NCBI GenBank assembly: GCA_963666365.2 | Contig: CAXXNF010000002.1 | Location: 2,112,001-2,176,000, forward strand | From: Syntrophales bacterium | Lineage (GTDB): Bacteria; Desulfobacterota; Syntrophia; Syntrophales; UBA2210 | DNA length: 64,000 nucleotides | Direction of reading: 5' to 3' | Part shown: piece after piece, positions 9,945 through 20,653 of the stretch | How positions within the stretch are numbered: position 1 is the first letter of the stretch | How the letters are laid out: each line of letters opens with the position of its first letter | Notes under the pieces: model-generated | The model's database searches: none | What the model was told of the DNA's origin: nothing | What the model saw: only the letters and a program-made list of their open reading frames with translations | Program-made: the position numbers and the translations under genes

Positions 9945-11006
9945 CTATTTGATGTCGCCCATTGCTCTCAGATACTCTTTGATCATTTTGATAAGCTCGC
10001 CGCACTCGGGAGTCTTTTTCGCTTCCTCGTCCCAAATCTGGAATGCCACTTCTTCCGCCTTTTCGAGATCGGCGCCCTTCAGTGCGTTAATCGTCACACC
10101 GGCTTTTTTCATCTGGTTCAGACCCCACTGCTCGCCGGTCCAGTTCTGGTGATTCGTCATGTCCAGACCCGCTCGTACAATGGCCTGTTCAAGGATTACC
10201 TTGAGGTCGTCAGGCAGTGATTTCCAGGCCCGTTCGTTGACCAGAACGGTAAGATGATTGATCGGATTGACCGGGGGCCAGAGGAAGTACTTGGCAACTT
10301 CATGGAATTTCATGCTGTACATGCCCATGGCGCTTCCCCAGGTAATGCCGTCAATGGCGTTCGTCTGAAGCGCGCTGTAGGCTTCCTCACCGGGGATATA
10401 CACGCCCTGGCCGCCGAGCCTTTCTATCCAGGTAATCATCAGACCGGAGGCCCGGACCTTTTTACCCTTCAAATCGGCAATGCTGTTAATGGGAGAGGTA
10501 AACATGTAGGCAGCGGGCCAGCAGTCAACCCCGCCGGCCAGATAATGGACCCCATGCTTCGCGTAGACCTTTCTCAAAAGATCGATGGCACGCCAACCGC
10601 CGAAGAGATTGGGCAGTTCCTTGCCGTACATGAAGTTATACATCTGGGAGGGCGTTCGAATGCCGAAGGGAACTCCGTATTCAATGCCCGCTTCCGGAAT
10701 CACGCCCTTGAAGTAGATGCAGGGCATGCCGATCATTTCAACGATCCCCGCTTTGACCGCATCAAGGGAATCGGCGCTTTTCACCAGCTCGCCAGCCCAG
10801 AACATCTTGATCTGAAGCCGTCCCTTTGTCATGGCGGGCAGCGTCTTCTCGAACATCTCCTGATAATAGGCCATGCCCGGTTCAGAGGCAATCCGCATCT
10901 GCTGATATTTCCACTTAAACACCTTATCCGCCGCATTGCAGGCAAATGAAGTACTCAACAGCACCGCAACGGCCAGAACCACAATCCCCACTACCTTCTT
11001 TTTCAT
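9945..11006 (-). CDS. dctP: TRAP substrate-binding protein
   Basis: Signal peptide, DLKGKKVRA, YSALQTNAIDG, FHEVAKY. Confidence 0.9.
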   Translation of the reverse strand: MKKKVVGIVVLAVAVLLSTSFACNAADKVFKWKYQQMRIASEPGMAYYQEMFEKTLPAMTKGRLQIKMFWAGELVKSADSLDAVKAGIVEMIGMPCIYFKGVIPEAGIEYGVPFGIRTPSQMYNFMYGKELPNLFGGWRAIDLLRKVYAKHGVHYLAGGVDCWPAAYMFTSPINSIADLKGKKVRASGLMITWIERLGGQGVYIPGEEAYSALQTNAIDGITWGSAMGMYSMKFHEVAKYFLWPPVNPINHLTVLVNERAWKSLPDDLKVILEQAIVRAGLDMTNHQNWTGEQWGLNQMKKAGVTINALKGADLEKAEEVAFQIWDEEAKKTPECGELIKMIKEYLRAMGDIK

Positions 11007-11106
11007 AACATCCTCCTTCCTTTTGAGTAAAATCTCTTACCAAAAATAGTGATTCAATCGCCCGGATCACACGGTGTGTACCGCGATTCGCCGGATCAGA
11101 TCCGAA

Positions 11107-12327
11107 TCAGACCTCACCGCATCCCGCTACCCCCGACACACAGAGCGTCATGGAAAGCAACGCCTTCAACTCCTTAATTTCCTTAATTTTACTGCGGTAT
11201 TCTCCTTTTTCAAGAAAGAGCCATCGAAATGCCAGATAGGTAAAGGCCCCGGCAAACATAAAACAAAACACCCTGGCGTTTACACTTTTCCGTATGGACC
11301 CCTCCTTTTTGCCGTCTTCAATAATAGTTTTGAGAATGGAATAGTAGCGTTCGAAATACTGAAATGTAGTTGATTGATAAAATTTTCTATTTAATTGCAT
11401 GTGGGCGAGAAAGATTTTAAAGAAGTCACGCTCCATCAAAGCAAGACAACAATGGGAATTGGCAAACTGCCTGAACCTGCTCCAGGCCGTTATAGACCGA
11501 CTGTCCCCGGATAGATCCTGAATCAGCGACTCAAAATGGGCAACAGGAATCGAAAAAAGGAGGTTTTCTTTGCTCTCGAAGTAGTCATACACCGTCCCTT
11601 CGGATACGCGTGACGATTTTGCTATCTCGGTCACCTTGGCATTCAGATACCCTTTTTCGGCAAAAATCCTCTCAGCTTCCTTGAGAATACGGATGGGCTT
11701 TTCAAGTTCTTCCCCCCCGGAGGGAACCAGCATGGGAGAAATGAGGCCCATGATATCCTCCAGATCGTCGGTCCCCTTTTTCCGATAGCCCGACACCCAT
11801 GAATTGATCGCCTCCGAATCGAGAGTTCCCAGTATTATGTCGCGCATAATCGAGGGATTGAGGTCGGAGCGGAACTTTCCCTGATCGATGCCGTCTTTCA
11901 GTATCGCACGCAGCATCCCGGAATAGGCGCGGATGAGACGATAGGCGGGGGCATCGTAAAACTCCCGCAACACTCTGCATTCAAGCAACTGAATGCTCAG
12001 CCAGGCAGGATGGGTGTCGTTATTGTAGAGGTGAAACCATATGACCTTTCTGAGACGGCTTTCCGGATCCTGTATGCCCTGAAGATGCTCGTTCAGACCG
12101 GCAAGAAATTCTTCAAGTCTTTTCTCTGCAGTGCAGAACAGAATATCCTGCTTGCCCTTGAAATACTGGTAGATGACGGAGTCGGCAATGCCGACGGCGC
12201 CGGCAATTTCAGAAATCTTTGTATCTGCAAGCCCTTTGCGCGAGATAATGTCTTCCGCAACGAGAAGAATCTCTTCCCGGCGGTTACGCTCTTGATTTTC
12301 TCTAGGCGACGCGTGCAGTTCGTCCAC
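11107..12327 (-). CDS. tandem double TetR/AcrR-family regulator
   Basis: Two TetR HTHs (IAGAVGIADSVIYQYFKGK; IAKSSRVSEGTVYDYFESK), each with a C-terminal ligand domain. Confidence 0.85.
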   Translation of the reverse strand: MDELHASPRENQERNRREEILLVAEDIISRKGLADTKISEIAGAVGIADSVIYQYFKGKQDILFCTAEKRLEEFLAGLNEHLQGIQDPESRLRKVIWFHLYNNDTHPAWLSIQLLECRVLREFYDAPAYRLIRAYSGMLRAILKDGIDQGKFRSDLNPSIMRDIILGTLDSEAINSWVSGYRKKGTDDLEDIMGLISPMLVPSGGEELEKPIRILKEAERIFAEKGYLNAKVTEIAKSSRVSEGTVYDYFESKENLLFSIPVAHFESLIQDLSGDSRSITAWSRFRQFANSHCCLALMERDFFKIFLAHMQLNRKFYQSTTFQYFERYYSILKTIIEDGKKEGSIRKSVNARVFCFMFAGAFTYLAFRWLFLEKGEYRSKIKEIKELKALLSMTLCVSGVAGCGEV

Positions 12328-12495
12328 AAGGATAACCTGTTATCAAAACGGAGCATCTCATCCTTGAGATTACGCTCATATCATGCTTCTGCCTACAAGA
12401 CTCTCGTATATAGGCGCTTCATTAAGAATACGGCTCATTTATATCTAAGAGAAAAACTGAGTTCTTTTCACCGATAGCAGGGACAGGGGACCAAG

Positions 12496-13845
12496 TCAAG
12501 ATCTTTTTACGGCAAGGACAGTTCCATACAGATCATAGGTGTCGGCGGCGTCGATGCGGCATCTGATGATAGTGCCCACAGTCGCATGGGGCGCATTGAC
12601 ATAGGTAATGCCGTCAATCTCCGGAGCCTGACCTTGAGTGCGCCCGATGTAGTCGTATTCAGGGATATCGGACGGTTCCTGCACCAGCACTTCCTGTATC
12701 GATCCGACCAAGGCCTGATTCTTTTCAAAAGAAATCGGCGCCTGTGCCTCCATTATCACCCTTTTCCGCGATTCCTTCATATGCGCTGGAACCTGGTGCG
12801 ACATTTCGGCGGCTGCTGTCCCCTCTTCTTTTGAGTAGGTGAACACGCCCAGGTGATCGAACCGTGCTTCTTTCACAAACTCCAGCAATCGTTTGAACTG
12901 CCGCACCGTTTCTCCGGGGAATCCGACTATGAGTGATGTGCGAAGCGCAATTTCAGGCATCCATGCCCTCGCCCCTGCAATACAGGATCGAATATGGTCG
13001 CTCCCCACTCTTCGATTCATGGCCCTGAGCATGTCATCATCAATATGCTGTACAGGCATGTCTATGTAGTTGCAGATCTTGTCTTCTTCGGCCATTATTT
13101 TGAAAAGATCATCCGTTACATGCAACGGATGAGTATAGAGCAGTCTGATCCATTGAATATGTTCCAGTGAAGCCAACTCGCTCATTAATGCGCCGAGCGT
13201 GGGTCTGCCCGGCAGGTCATGCCCGTACCACGTCGTTTCCTGCGCGGTGAGGATTAACTCCCTGATCCCCTGCCCGCCAAGTCCTTCGGCTTCCCTGATA
13301 ATATCGTCGGGCGTCCTGCTCCTGTAGACGCCCCTTACCGCAGGGATGACACAGTAGGAACAATGATTGGAACAGCCCTCGGCAATCTTGATGTAGGCAC
13401 TTGACGCCGGCGTGGAGACCACACGCGGACAGGATGAGTCCATAAGAAAATCGGGAGCTCCGATGATGGACCGCACGGTTCCCCGGCCCTGCTCGATCAG
13501 ACAGGAAACATGGGCGGCGATCCCCGGCACTTCTCCCACACCTAAAAAGAGATCCACCTCCGGCAGCTCCTTCTCCAGCACAGTCCCGTAGCGCTGGGGC
13601 ATGCAGCCCGCAACAACAACATGGCTGCACTCACCTCGGTTTTTACGCGCGATCGCCCCGAAAATCTCATCGATGGCCTCTTCTTTCGCATCATCGATGA
13701 AGGTGCAGGTATTCACAATAATCACATCCGCCCTTTCGGATGGATCGACCACACAAAAGCCCTTCTCGAGAAGAAGGGCCTCCATGACTTCCGAATCCAC
13801 CAGATTTTTTGGGCACCCCAGACGTATGATACTTACGGTATTCAA
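12496..13845 (-). CDS. rimO: ribosomal protein S12 methylthiotransferase
   Basis: LGCPKNLVDSE, CSNHCSYC, APEIDG TRAM; TTG start inferred just after ftsK. Confidence 0.93.
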   Translation of the reverse strand: MNTVSIIRLGCPKNLVDSEVMEALLLEKGFCVVDPSERADVIIVNTCTFIDDAKEEAIDEIFGAIARKNRGECSHVVVAGCMPQRYGTVLEKELPEVDLFLGVGEVPGIAAHVSCLIEQGRGTVRSIIGAPDFLMDSSCPRVVSTPASSAYIKIAEGCSNHCSYCVIPAVRGVYRSRTPDDIIREAEGLGGQGIRELILTAQETTWYGHDLPGRPTLGALMSELASLEHIQWIRLLYTHPLHVTDDLFKIMAEEDKICNYIDMPVQHIDDDMLRAMNRRVGSDHIRSCIAGARAWMPEIALRTSLIVGFPGETVRQFKRLLEFVKEARFDHLGVFTYSKEEGTAAAEMSHQVPAHMKESRKRVIMEAQAPISFEKNQALVGSIQEVLVQEPSDIPEYDYIGRTQGQAPEIDGITYVNAPHATVGTIIRCRIDAADTYDLYGTVLAVKRS

Positions 13846-13846
13846 T

Positions 13847-16072
13847 TTATTTCGGCAGCTTTCCGACAAGCACTTTGCGGGCCTTCGACCCATCGGCCGG
13901 ACCGACCACACCTTCGGCTTCCATTTTTTCGATAATGCGGGCGGCCCTGTTGTAGCCTATTTTCAGATATCGCTGCACCAGTGATATTGACGCCTGTCCG
14001 AGATCGGTCACCAATTCGACTGCTTCATCGTAACGGTCGTCGAACTCTTCTTCGACCTGAACCCCTTCTCTTGTCTCGGGGTTATACTGCGCTATGGACT
14101 CATCATAGCTCGGCGCCGCCTGTTTTTTCAGGAACATCACTATTTCCTTAATTTCCCGGTCCGACACATAGGCACCGTGTATGCGGACCAGCTGCGATGT
14201 CCCCGGGGGGATAAAGAGCATATCTCCCGCACCGAGAAGTTTTTCGGCGCCGAGCTGGTCGAGAATTGTGCGGGAGTCGACTTTCGAAGACACCTGAAAG
14301 GATATTCTTGTGGGGAAATTCGCCTTGATAATTCCGGTGATAACATCAACGGAAGGACGCTGAGTAGCCAGAATAAGATGAATCCCGGCTGCTCGCGCCA
14401 TCTGAGCAAGCCTTGCAAGCGAGGATTCCACATTCCGCTGGGCCACCATCATCAAATCGGCAAGCTCGTCGATCACAATAACAATATAGGGAAGGTGCTC
14501 CCTGTTCTCAGGCGCCGTCTCTTCCTGAGAAACCGGACGGGTTCCCTTCCGTTGATGGCCCTCTTCCGCTTTTCGTTTCTCCATCAGACGATTGTACTTC
14601 TCGATGCTTTTCACCCCTTCGCAACTGATAAGTTCGTAACGCCGCTCCATCTCGTCAATCGCCCATTTCAGCACCTGGGCCGCCTTTTTCGGATTGACGA
14701 CAACGGGATGAAGCAGGTGCGGAATTCCTTCATAGGCGGACAATTCCAGTCGCTTCGGATCGATCATGAGGAATTTCACATCGTCGGGACGGGCCTTGAA
14801 AAGTATGCTGCAGATCATGGCATTCAAGGAAACACTTTTCCCCGAACCGGTTGTGCCGGCGATAAGAAGATGGGGCATCTTCACAAGGTCCGCGGCCACG
14901 GGGTTTCCCACGATGTCCTTGCCGAGTATGATGGGAAGCCGGTATTTCGACTCCAGAAACACGTCAGTATCAAGTACGCTCCTTACATAGACATAATCGC
15001 GTTCCTGGTTGGGTATTTCGATGCCGATTGCCGCCTTTCCCGGAATCGGGGCAATGATGCGCACACTCTGTGCTTTCATGGCCAGGGCAAGGTCATCGGA
15101 TAAATTGGTAATGCGATTGATTTTAACTCCCGATGCTGGTTCCAGCTCATACATGGTAATCACCGGACCCGGTTTTATTTCAACAACCTTCCCCTCCACC
15201 CCGAAATCAGCCAACTTCTTTTCAAGGAGCCTGGCATTCATGACAAGGCTCTCTTTTTTCATTCTTGTATCCTTTTGTTCCCCCTCCTCCAGAAGAGTAA
15301 AGGGTGGAAGCCGAAACCCGTCATCCGATGCAACAAAATCGAAGGAAATCTGTTCAACTTTCTTTCTGGATGGCTTCGCTTCCGAGGCCGGGGTCTCCTC
15401 GGAAATACGGGGCACGTGCTTTTCCGGTTTCCGTTTTTTCGGCCTCTCCACTTTTTTCTTGCGCCTCATCCGTTCTATCCGGATCACCACGGCAACGCGC
15501 ACCTTTTCGAATATCTTCATGGCAACTGTTCGTATGCGCTTCAATATCACTATGAGGGATATATCGAAGGTTGCAATGAGCGATATCAGAAAGATGACAA
15601 TGAGAAGAATATAGGTGCCCGCGGAATTGAGATACTGGACAAGGGTGCGTGACGCGACAGTCCCCAGGAGGCCTCCGGCGGCAATGGCAAATATTTTGTG
15701 CGCGCCATATCTGGTCCCTATGAAGGCAGCGGCGGAAAACACAATACCTATAATTCCGAGCATCTTCACGACTATCCTTATAGGACCTGTCACCTTTGTT
15801 TTTCCTAAAAAGAGCTTTATTGAGGCAAGGGCAAGGGCAAAGGGCAGAAGATAGGCCACAACCCCGAAAAATTGCAGGAGGCCGTCGGCAAGATAACTGC
15901 CTATTTTACCGGCAAGGTTATGAACCTTCGCCTTGCCGGCGACAAAGTGCATCCAGGATGGATCCCGGGGGTTGTATGACAGAAGTGCGACGATCACAAA
16001 GAGGGCAACTGCAAAAAGAAGTATCCCTAGTATCTCCCTGGATCGTTTATTGTTGTCTTCCTGTGTGTTCAT
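13847..16072 (-). CDS. ftsK: DNA translocase FtsK
   Basis: N-terminal TMs, GTTGSGKS, ATQRPSVDV, gamma domain IGYNRAAR. Confidence 0.96.
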   Translation of the reverse strand: MNTQEDNNKRSREILGILLFAVALFVIVALLSYNPRDPSWMHFVAGKAKVHNLAGKIGSYLADGLLQFFGVVAYLLPFALALASIKLFLGKTKVTGPIRIVVKMLGIIGIVFSAAAFIGTRYGAHKIFAIAAGGLLGTVASRTLVQYLNSAGTYILLIVIFLISLIATFDISLIVILKRIRTVAMKIFEKVRVAVVIRIERMRRKKKVERPKKRKPEKHVPRISEETPASEAKPSRKKVEQISFDFVASDDGFRLPPFTLLEEGEQKDTRMKKESLVMNARLLEKKLADFGVEGKVVEIKPGPVITMYELEPASGVKINRITNLSDDLALAMKAQSVRIIAPIPGKAAIGIEIPNQERDYVYVRSVLDTDVFLESKYRLPIILGKDIVGNPVAADLVKMPHLLIAGTTGSGKSVSLNAMICSILFKARPDDVKFLMIDPKRLELSAYEGIPHLLHPVVVNPKKAAQVLKWAIDEMERRYELISCEGVKSIEKYNRLMEKRKAEEGHQRKGTRPVSQEETAPENREHLPYIVIVIDELADLMMVAQRNVESSLARLAQMARAAGIHLILATQRPSVDVITGIIKANFPTRISFQVSSKVDSRTILDQLGAEKLLGAGDMLFIPPGTSQLVRIHGAYVSDREIKEIVMFLKKQAAPSYDESIAQYNPETREGVQVEEEFDDRYDEAVELVTDLGQASISLVQRYLKIGYNRAARIIEKMEAEGVVGPADGSKARKVLVGKLPK

Positions 16073-16078
16073 CGGCGT

Positions 16079-16903
16079 CTATTTTATGAATGCGACCACA
16101 AAGGTGATAAGGGCAAGTGTCCAGCAGTAATAGGCGAAGGCACGCAATTTGCGCTTTGATATCACGAACAGAAGCAGTCTCAACGTTAAAAAGCCCGTGA
16201 TACATGCCACCACCATCGACACGCCGTAGATTATCATCGTCGCTGCGGGAACCATTGCGGCGTACCTCAGTTCAAGAATTGTCGCCCCCAGCACGGCGGG
16301 CATTGAAATAAGAAATGAAAAACGCGCCGCCGTTTCGCCCTTCAAGCCCCTGAATATTCCCACGGCAATTGTCGATCCCGATCTCGATATTCCGGGGATC
16401 AACGCCAAACCCTGAACCAGCCCGATGACTGCACCGTCGAAATACGTTATTTCACCTTCGTCCCGTCCACCTTTTTTGACCCTATCCGAAAAAAAGAGCA
16501 GAAATCCTGTGATCACCAGCATGACGCTTACGGTGCGCACCGATTGAAACAGATCATGAATTGCATCTTCGAAGGCAATACCAATGACGCCTGTCACAAT
16601 TGTGGCAATCACAATAGAAACAGCGAGAGTCCTCGCGGCCCTCACACTGACGAATTCGTTTCCTTCCGATCCCCCCCAAGTACGAGGCACAAGCGATTTC
16701 AGAATGGCGACGACCTCTTTGCGTAAAAAAAAGAGTACCGCCAGCAACGTTCCAAAGTGCAGCATCACATCAAAAAGGACTCCCGGTTGCTCGAATCCCT
16801 TAAAAAGGCTCTGCACAATCACCAGATGCCCTGAGCTGCTCACCGGAAGAAATTCCGTGAGCCCTTGCACAATTGCCAACACAATGCCTTCCCAAAGACT
16901 CAA
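16079..16903 (-). CDS. uppP: undecaprenyl-diphosphate phosphatase
   Basis: QGLTEFLPVSSSGHL, PGISRSGST. Confidence 0.95.
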   Translation of the reverse strand: MSLWEGIVLAIVQGLTEFLPVSSSGHLVIVQSLFKGFEQPGVLFDVMLHFGTLLAVLFFLRKEVVAILKSLVPRTWGGSEGNEFVSVRAARTLAVSIVIATIVTGVIGIAFEDAIHDLFQSVRTVSVMLVITGFLLFFSDRVKKGGRDEGEITYFDGAVIGLVQGLALIPGISRSGSTIAVGIFRGLKGETAARFSFLISMPAVLGATILELRYAAMVPAATMIIYGVSMVVACITGFLTLRLLLFVISKRKLRAFAYYCWTLALITFVVAFIK

Positions 16904-17153
16904 CTGTAAGGGGTCCTCTGTTTCGATGGTATCCGAGTGCGCCTTCGCTCGTTCTATGGTTTTTACTGGATCTTCCTGGTGAAGTCAACCGTTATCCATG
17001 GAGTTTGCAGGCATCCTTCCCTTCGATAAGAAACAATGCACTTCCTGCCCTGCACTGGGATAAAATTTTGCGGTACATTTGATTTGCCAAGAATCATTCG
17101 AACATGCTATAGTTCCACTATCAAATTCGGAAAATCAATGCTTGGGAGGGTTC

Positions 17154-17573
17154 ATGATCAACAAGGTCATTCTTGTCGGAAGGTTGGGTGCGGATCCTGA
17201 GGTACGGTACACCCAGGACGGCACCATGGTAACTAATCTGCGAATAGCCACAAGCGAGCAATGGAAAGACAAAAACGGCGAACGGGTGGAAAGGACCGAA
17301 TGGCATCGCGTGGTGACCTTTCGCCGACTTGCCGAAATATGCGGCAACTATCTGTCAAAAGGAAGTCTTGTCTACATCGAAGGAAGAATTCAAACAAGGG
17401 CCTGGGATGACAAAGAAGGCAATAAACGCTACACTACCGAAATTATCGCCTTAACGATGCAGATGCTGGACAGGAAGAGCCAGGATGGCAAGACCGGCGG
17501 CGGAGACGGAGACATGGAAAATATCACCCATGCCCCAGGACCCGACACCTACGAGGACGATGTCCCGTTCTGA
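17154..17573 (+). CDS. ssb: single-stranded DNA-binding protein
   Basis: [12 protein letters not shown], acidic tail DDVPF. Confidence 0.96.
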   Translation: MINKVILVGRLGADPEVRYTQDGTMVTNLRIATSEQWKDKNGERVERTEWHRVVTFRRLAEICGNYLSKGSLVYIEGRIQTRAWDDKEGNKRYTTEIIALTMQMLDRKSQDGKTGGGDGDMENITHAPGPDTYEDDVPF

Positions 17574-17576
17574 GCA

Positions 17577-17771
17577 TTATTTCTTCTCTTCAATCTTTTC
17601 TGAATCCTTTGCCTTTGACTCCGGGAGGTCATCCTGCTCCTGAAAAGATTTTTTGAAGTTCTTTATTCCTTTGCCGACGGCGCCCCCTATTTCAGGAAGT
17701 TTGCCGGCGCCGAATATGATAAGGATTATTACCAGAATAATCAGTAATTCGGGCATTCCGATTCCAAACAT
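17577..17771 (-). CDS. tatA: Tat translocase subunit
   Basis: [29 protein letters not shown]. Confidence 0.95.
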   Translation of the reverse strand: MFGIGMPELLIILVIILIIFGAGKLPEIGGAVGKGIKNFKKSFQEQDDLPESKAKDSEKIEEKK

Positions 17772-17879
17772 TTGATTTCACCTCATGCCATAAGGGGCGC
17801 TCCCCTTTTAAAAGTTGCCGACTCAAAAAAAGTCAGTGAGAAAATCTAATTCATTCTTCAAGGTATGTCAAACAGATCT

Positions 17880-18926
17880 TTATCGCGTCTTCACATCGTC
17901 AGGAAGGGTCAAAAAGACAACCTCCCCCTTTTTGCCAAGAACCCCCAGCGACTTCCCCTGAAATTGCACCTCAACGCCGCCTGCGTTTCCCACAATGATA
18001 TCGAATTTTTTATCCCCATCCCTTGTCACGGTTTCCCCTGCCTTTAAAAACAATTCCTCCGGAAGTTCGCTGTCCTTTATAATTTGAACCCATGACAGGT
18101 CAGTGGCGCGTATTTCCACAGTCATTTTTGACGGGACCTCGGCAGCACTCTCCGTTGTCGCTGTCCTTGATTGGCCGGACAACTCTTCCGCCGCCTTGAC
18201 GTCAGTTCCTTCAGGACTATCCTCACCGGGGGTTGCATCGGCGGTTTCACCCTTTTTCTGTAATCTGTCCTCATTGCCTGATTCAGTTTTCTTTTCTTCA
18301 GCGGGCAGCGCGTGGGTTTTTTCCGCTTCAGCCGGCGCTTTCTTTTCTTGTTTTAAAGGTTCGGAAACTCTCAAGTTTTGAGGTACATTGGGGATATCAA
18401 TTTTTTCAGCAGGCGTTCCTCCTCTGAATTTATCAAAAAGGAGGGTGATACTTTGCAACTGTTCCAACCAACCACGTTCTTTCGCTCCCCGGTTGTCCTG
18501 ATGCATAAAATAGAAGACGGCAAAAGAAAGAACACAGACGAAAAGCACTATTAAAAGAACCAATCGCCGATGAGAAGGCCTTCCCTTTTCTTCCGGAGAG
18601 GGCTCGGAAACCAGCTCATTCAGCTGACTTTCAGCAAGATACGTTTCATATCCGGCAAGTATCTCCTCACTGTCTATGTTGAGAGCGCGGGCGTAGGCCT
18701 TTAAAAAGGCTCTTGTATACACAGGTTCAGGGAGCCTGTGAAAATCTCCCGTTTCGATCGCCTCAATCATTGAGGGGCTGAGCTTCGTTTTTTCGATAAT
18801 GCTCCTGAGGCTTACACCTCGAGATTCTCTGAGCTCCTTCAAGCGCTTTGCAGGTTCCTTTTTCTCATTCTTCTCTATTTCGGGATCAATAGACGTCCTG
18901 TGTTCTTCCATGTTGAAAAATACCAT
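17880..18926 (-). CDS. RodZ-like protein (HTH + TM + DUF4115)
   Basis: LPEPVYTRAFLKAYARAL, single TM, VGNAGGVEV. Confidence 0.8.
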   Translation of the reverse strand: MVFFNMEEHRTSIDPEIEKNEKKEPAKRLKELRESRGVSLRSIIEKTKLSPSMIEAIETGDFHRLPEPVYTRAFLKAYARALNIDSEEILAGYETYLAESQLNELVSEPSPEEKGRPSHRRLVLLIVLFVCVLSFAVFYFMHQDNRGAKERGWLEQLQSITLLFDKFRGGTPAEKIDIPNVPQNLRVSEPLKQEKKAPAEAEKTHALPAEEKKTESGNEDRLQKKGETADATPGEDSPEGTDVKAAEELSGQSRTATTESAAEVPSKMTVEIRATDLSWVQIIKDSELPEELFLKAGETVTRDGDKKFDIIVGNAGGVEVQFQGKSLGVLGKKGEVVFLTLPDDVKTR

Positions 18927-19047
18927 TTTAGTAAAATTTAGAAAGGCTTAGCACTTATTGAATCATAAAACAACATAAATCGTCTCGTTTTTTGGCTTCA
19001 TTAATGATAAGAAATCAGCATATCATGTGAAGGAAAGGCAATAACCA

Positions 19048-19848
19048 ATGAAGGATCTGAAAGATTTTACCGTTTCGATTGCACGCGAGGCGGGAGCGCT
19101 CCTCAAGTCACGATTCAATGACAGGCACACTATAGATTTTAAAGGTGAAATCGATATTGTGACAGAGGCGGACCGGCTCTCCGAAGACCTGCTGGTCGCA
19201 AGAATCAGTAAGGCCTTTCCCCACCATGACATCATGGCGGAAGAATCGGCTGCAACAAAACGGGGCGCCCATTCGCGATGGATCATCGATCCTCTCGACG
19301 GAACCACCAATTATGCCCACGGGTTCCCCTTTTTCTGCGTGTCCCTTGCCCTTGAAGAACGCGGTGTGGTGGAACTTGGTGTCATCTATAATCCCATCAT
19401 GGATGAGATTTTTGTGGCCCGACGCGGGCAAGAGGCCACCCTCAACGGCTTGGCCCTCAAAGTATCCGACACGACGTCACTGGGTCACAGCCTTCTTGCA
19501 ACGGGGTTTCCCTATGATATACGCGTCAACCCCGACAACAATATCGCCTATTTTATAGAAATGGCGCTTCGGGCACGGGCTATCCGGCGGGCCGGATCGG
19601 CAGCGCTGGACCTGGCGTATGTTGCGGCGGGAAGATTCGACGGATTTTGGGAGCTGAGGCTCCACCCCTGGGATATCGCGGCCGGCCAACTGCTTGTTAA
19701 GGAAGCAGGCGGACTCGTTACCGATAGTGAAGGTAACGAGTCCTCTCTTGACGCACCCGTCATTGTAGCGTCTAACGGTAAAATCCATTATGAGATAATA
19801 AAAGTGCTGAAGGGAACGAATCCTCGGCATGAGTTCAGCCACAGGTAG
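19048..19848 (+). CDS. suhB: inositol monophosphatase
   Basis: WIIDPLDGTTNY, RRAGSAALDL, WDIAAG. Confidence 0.93.
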   Translation: MKDLKDFTVSIAREAGALLKSRFNDRHTIDFKGEIDIVTEADRLSEDLLVARISKAFPHHDIMAEESAATKRGAHSRWIIDPLDGTTNYAHGFPFFCVSLALEERGVVELGVIYNPIMDEIFVARRGQEATLNGLALKVSDTTSLGHSLLATGFPYDIRVNPDNNIAYFIEMALRARAIRRAGSAALDLAYVAAGRFDGFWELRLHPWDIAAGQLLVKEAGGLVTDSEGNESSLDAPVIVASNGKIHYEIIKVLKGTNPRHEFSHR

Positions 19849-19924
19849 AATCGCCGCTATAAACGGAGAAGCGAGATCAGACAGCAATTTGAAATATCGC
19901 AGCTGACAAAAGGAGGATCTGTCG

Positions 19925-20179
19925 GTGACACAATCAGTAAAACTTTACAGCTTAAGCACATGCAGTCACTGCAAAGCCGCAAAGAAATTCCTGAGTGACC
20001 ATAATATTCAGTATGAATTCATCGATGTCGATCTGTTGGATACGCTGGAAAGGGCATCGGCAATTGCCGATGTGCGCGCACTGAATCCGGAGTGCACCTT
20101 TCCCACGATCCTCATTGGAGAAAAGGTGATCGCAGGAAACAGAGAAGACGCCATAAGAGAGGCGCTGGGATTGATATGA
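19925..20179 (+). CDS. glutaredoxin-like protein
   Basis: CSHC motif, TFPT cis-Pro, RBS AAGGAGG. Confidence 0.85.
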   Translation: MTQSVKLYSLSTCSHCKAAKKFLSDHNIQYEFIDVDLLDTLERASAIADVRALNPECTFPTILIGEKVIAGNREDAIREALGLI

Positions 20180-20200
20180 AACCGGCGCGACAGGCGCCTG

Positions 20201-20491
20201 TCAGTCGAAATTTTTTTCATCTTCAACGTGAAGCTTGTGCATTTTGCTGTGGAGGGTATTGCGGTTTATCCCCAGAAATTGCGCCGCAGCTGTTTTCACG
20301 TTGTTTGATCTCTTCAATGCAATTCGAATAAGAATTCTCTCAACCATTGAAAGAATGTCTTCATAGACTGCACTCTTGCACGGCGCTTCCGAACTGAGTA
20401 TCGTCACAATTTCCTCAAGTCTGCGCTCTATGATGCTTTCAACGTTGGGAAATGAGGCGATACTGATATCTTCCCTTTCCTGGGCATTCAT
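20201..20491 (-). CDS. Fis-family HTH protein
   Basis: NNVKTAAAQFLGINRNTLHSKM. Confidence 0.85.
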   Translation of the reverse strand: MNAQEREDISIASFPNVESIIERRLEEIVTILSSEAPCKSAVYEDILSMVERILIRIALKRSNNVKTAAAQFLGINRNTLHSKMHKLHVEDEKNFD

Positions 20492-20653
20492 AGCTTTTCA
20501 CACCGATCCTTTCATGCAATGCTAATCCAACAGTAATTATGAGCGCACCTGCGGATAAATCTCAGCACGTTGCCTTTGACGTAAAGCTTCTCCGAAGGAT
20601 CATCTTCAACATATCGGCTCTTAACTCGAAGAAGACCGGACAGAGCTTCACAG

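Noticed and set aside
16904..17014. In-frame upstream extension of uppP through a TGA (MPANSMDNG*LHQ..), a possible selenocysteine
   Set aside because: No SECIS-like hairpin after the TGA, the extension is not UppP-like, and the TTG start has its own GAGGA SD.
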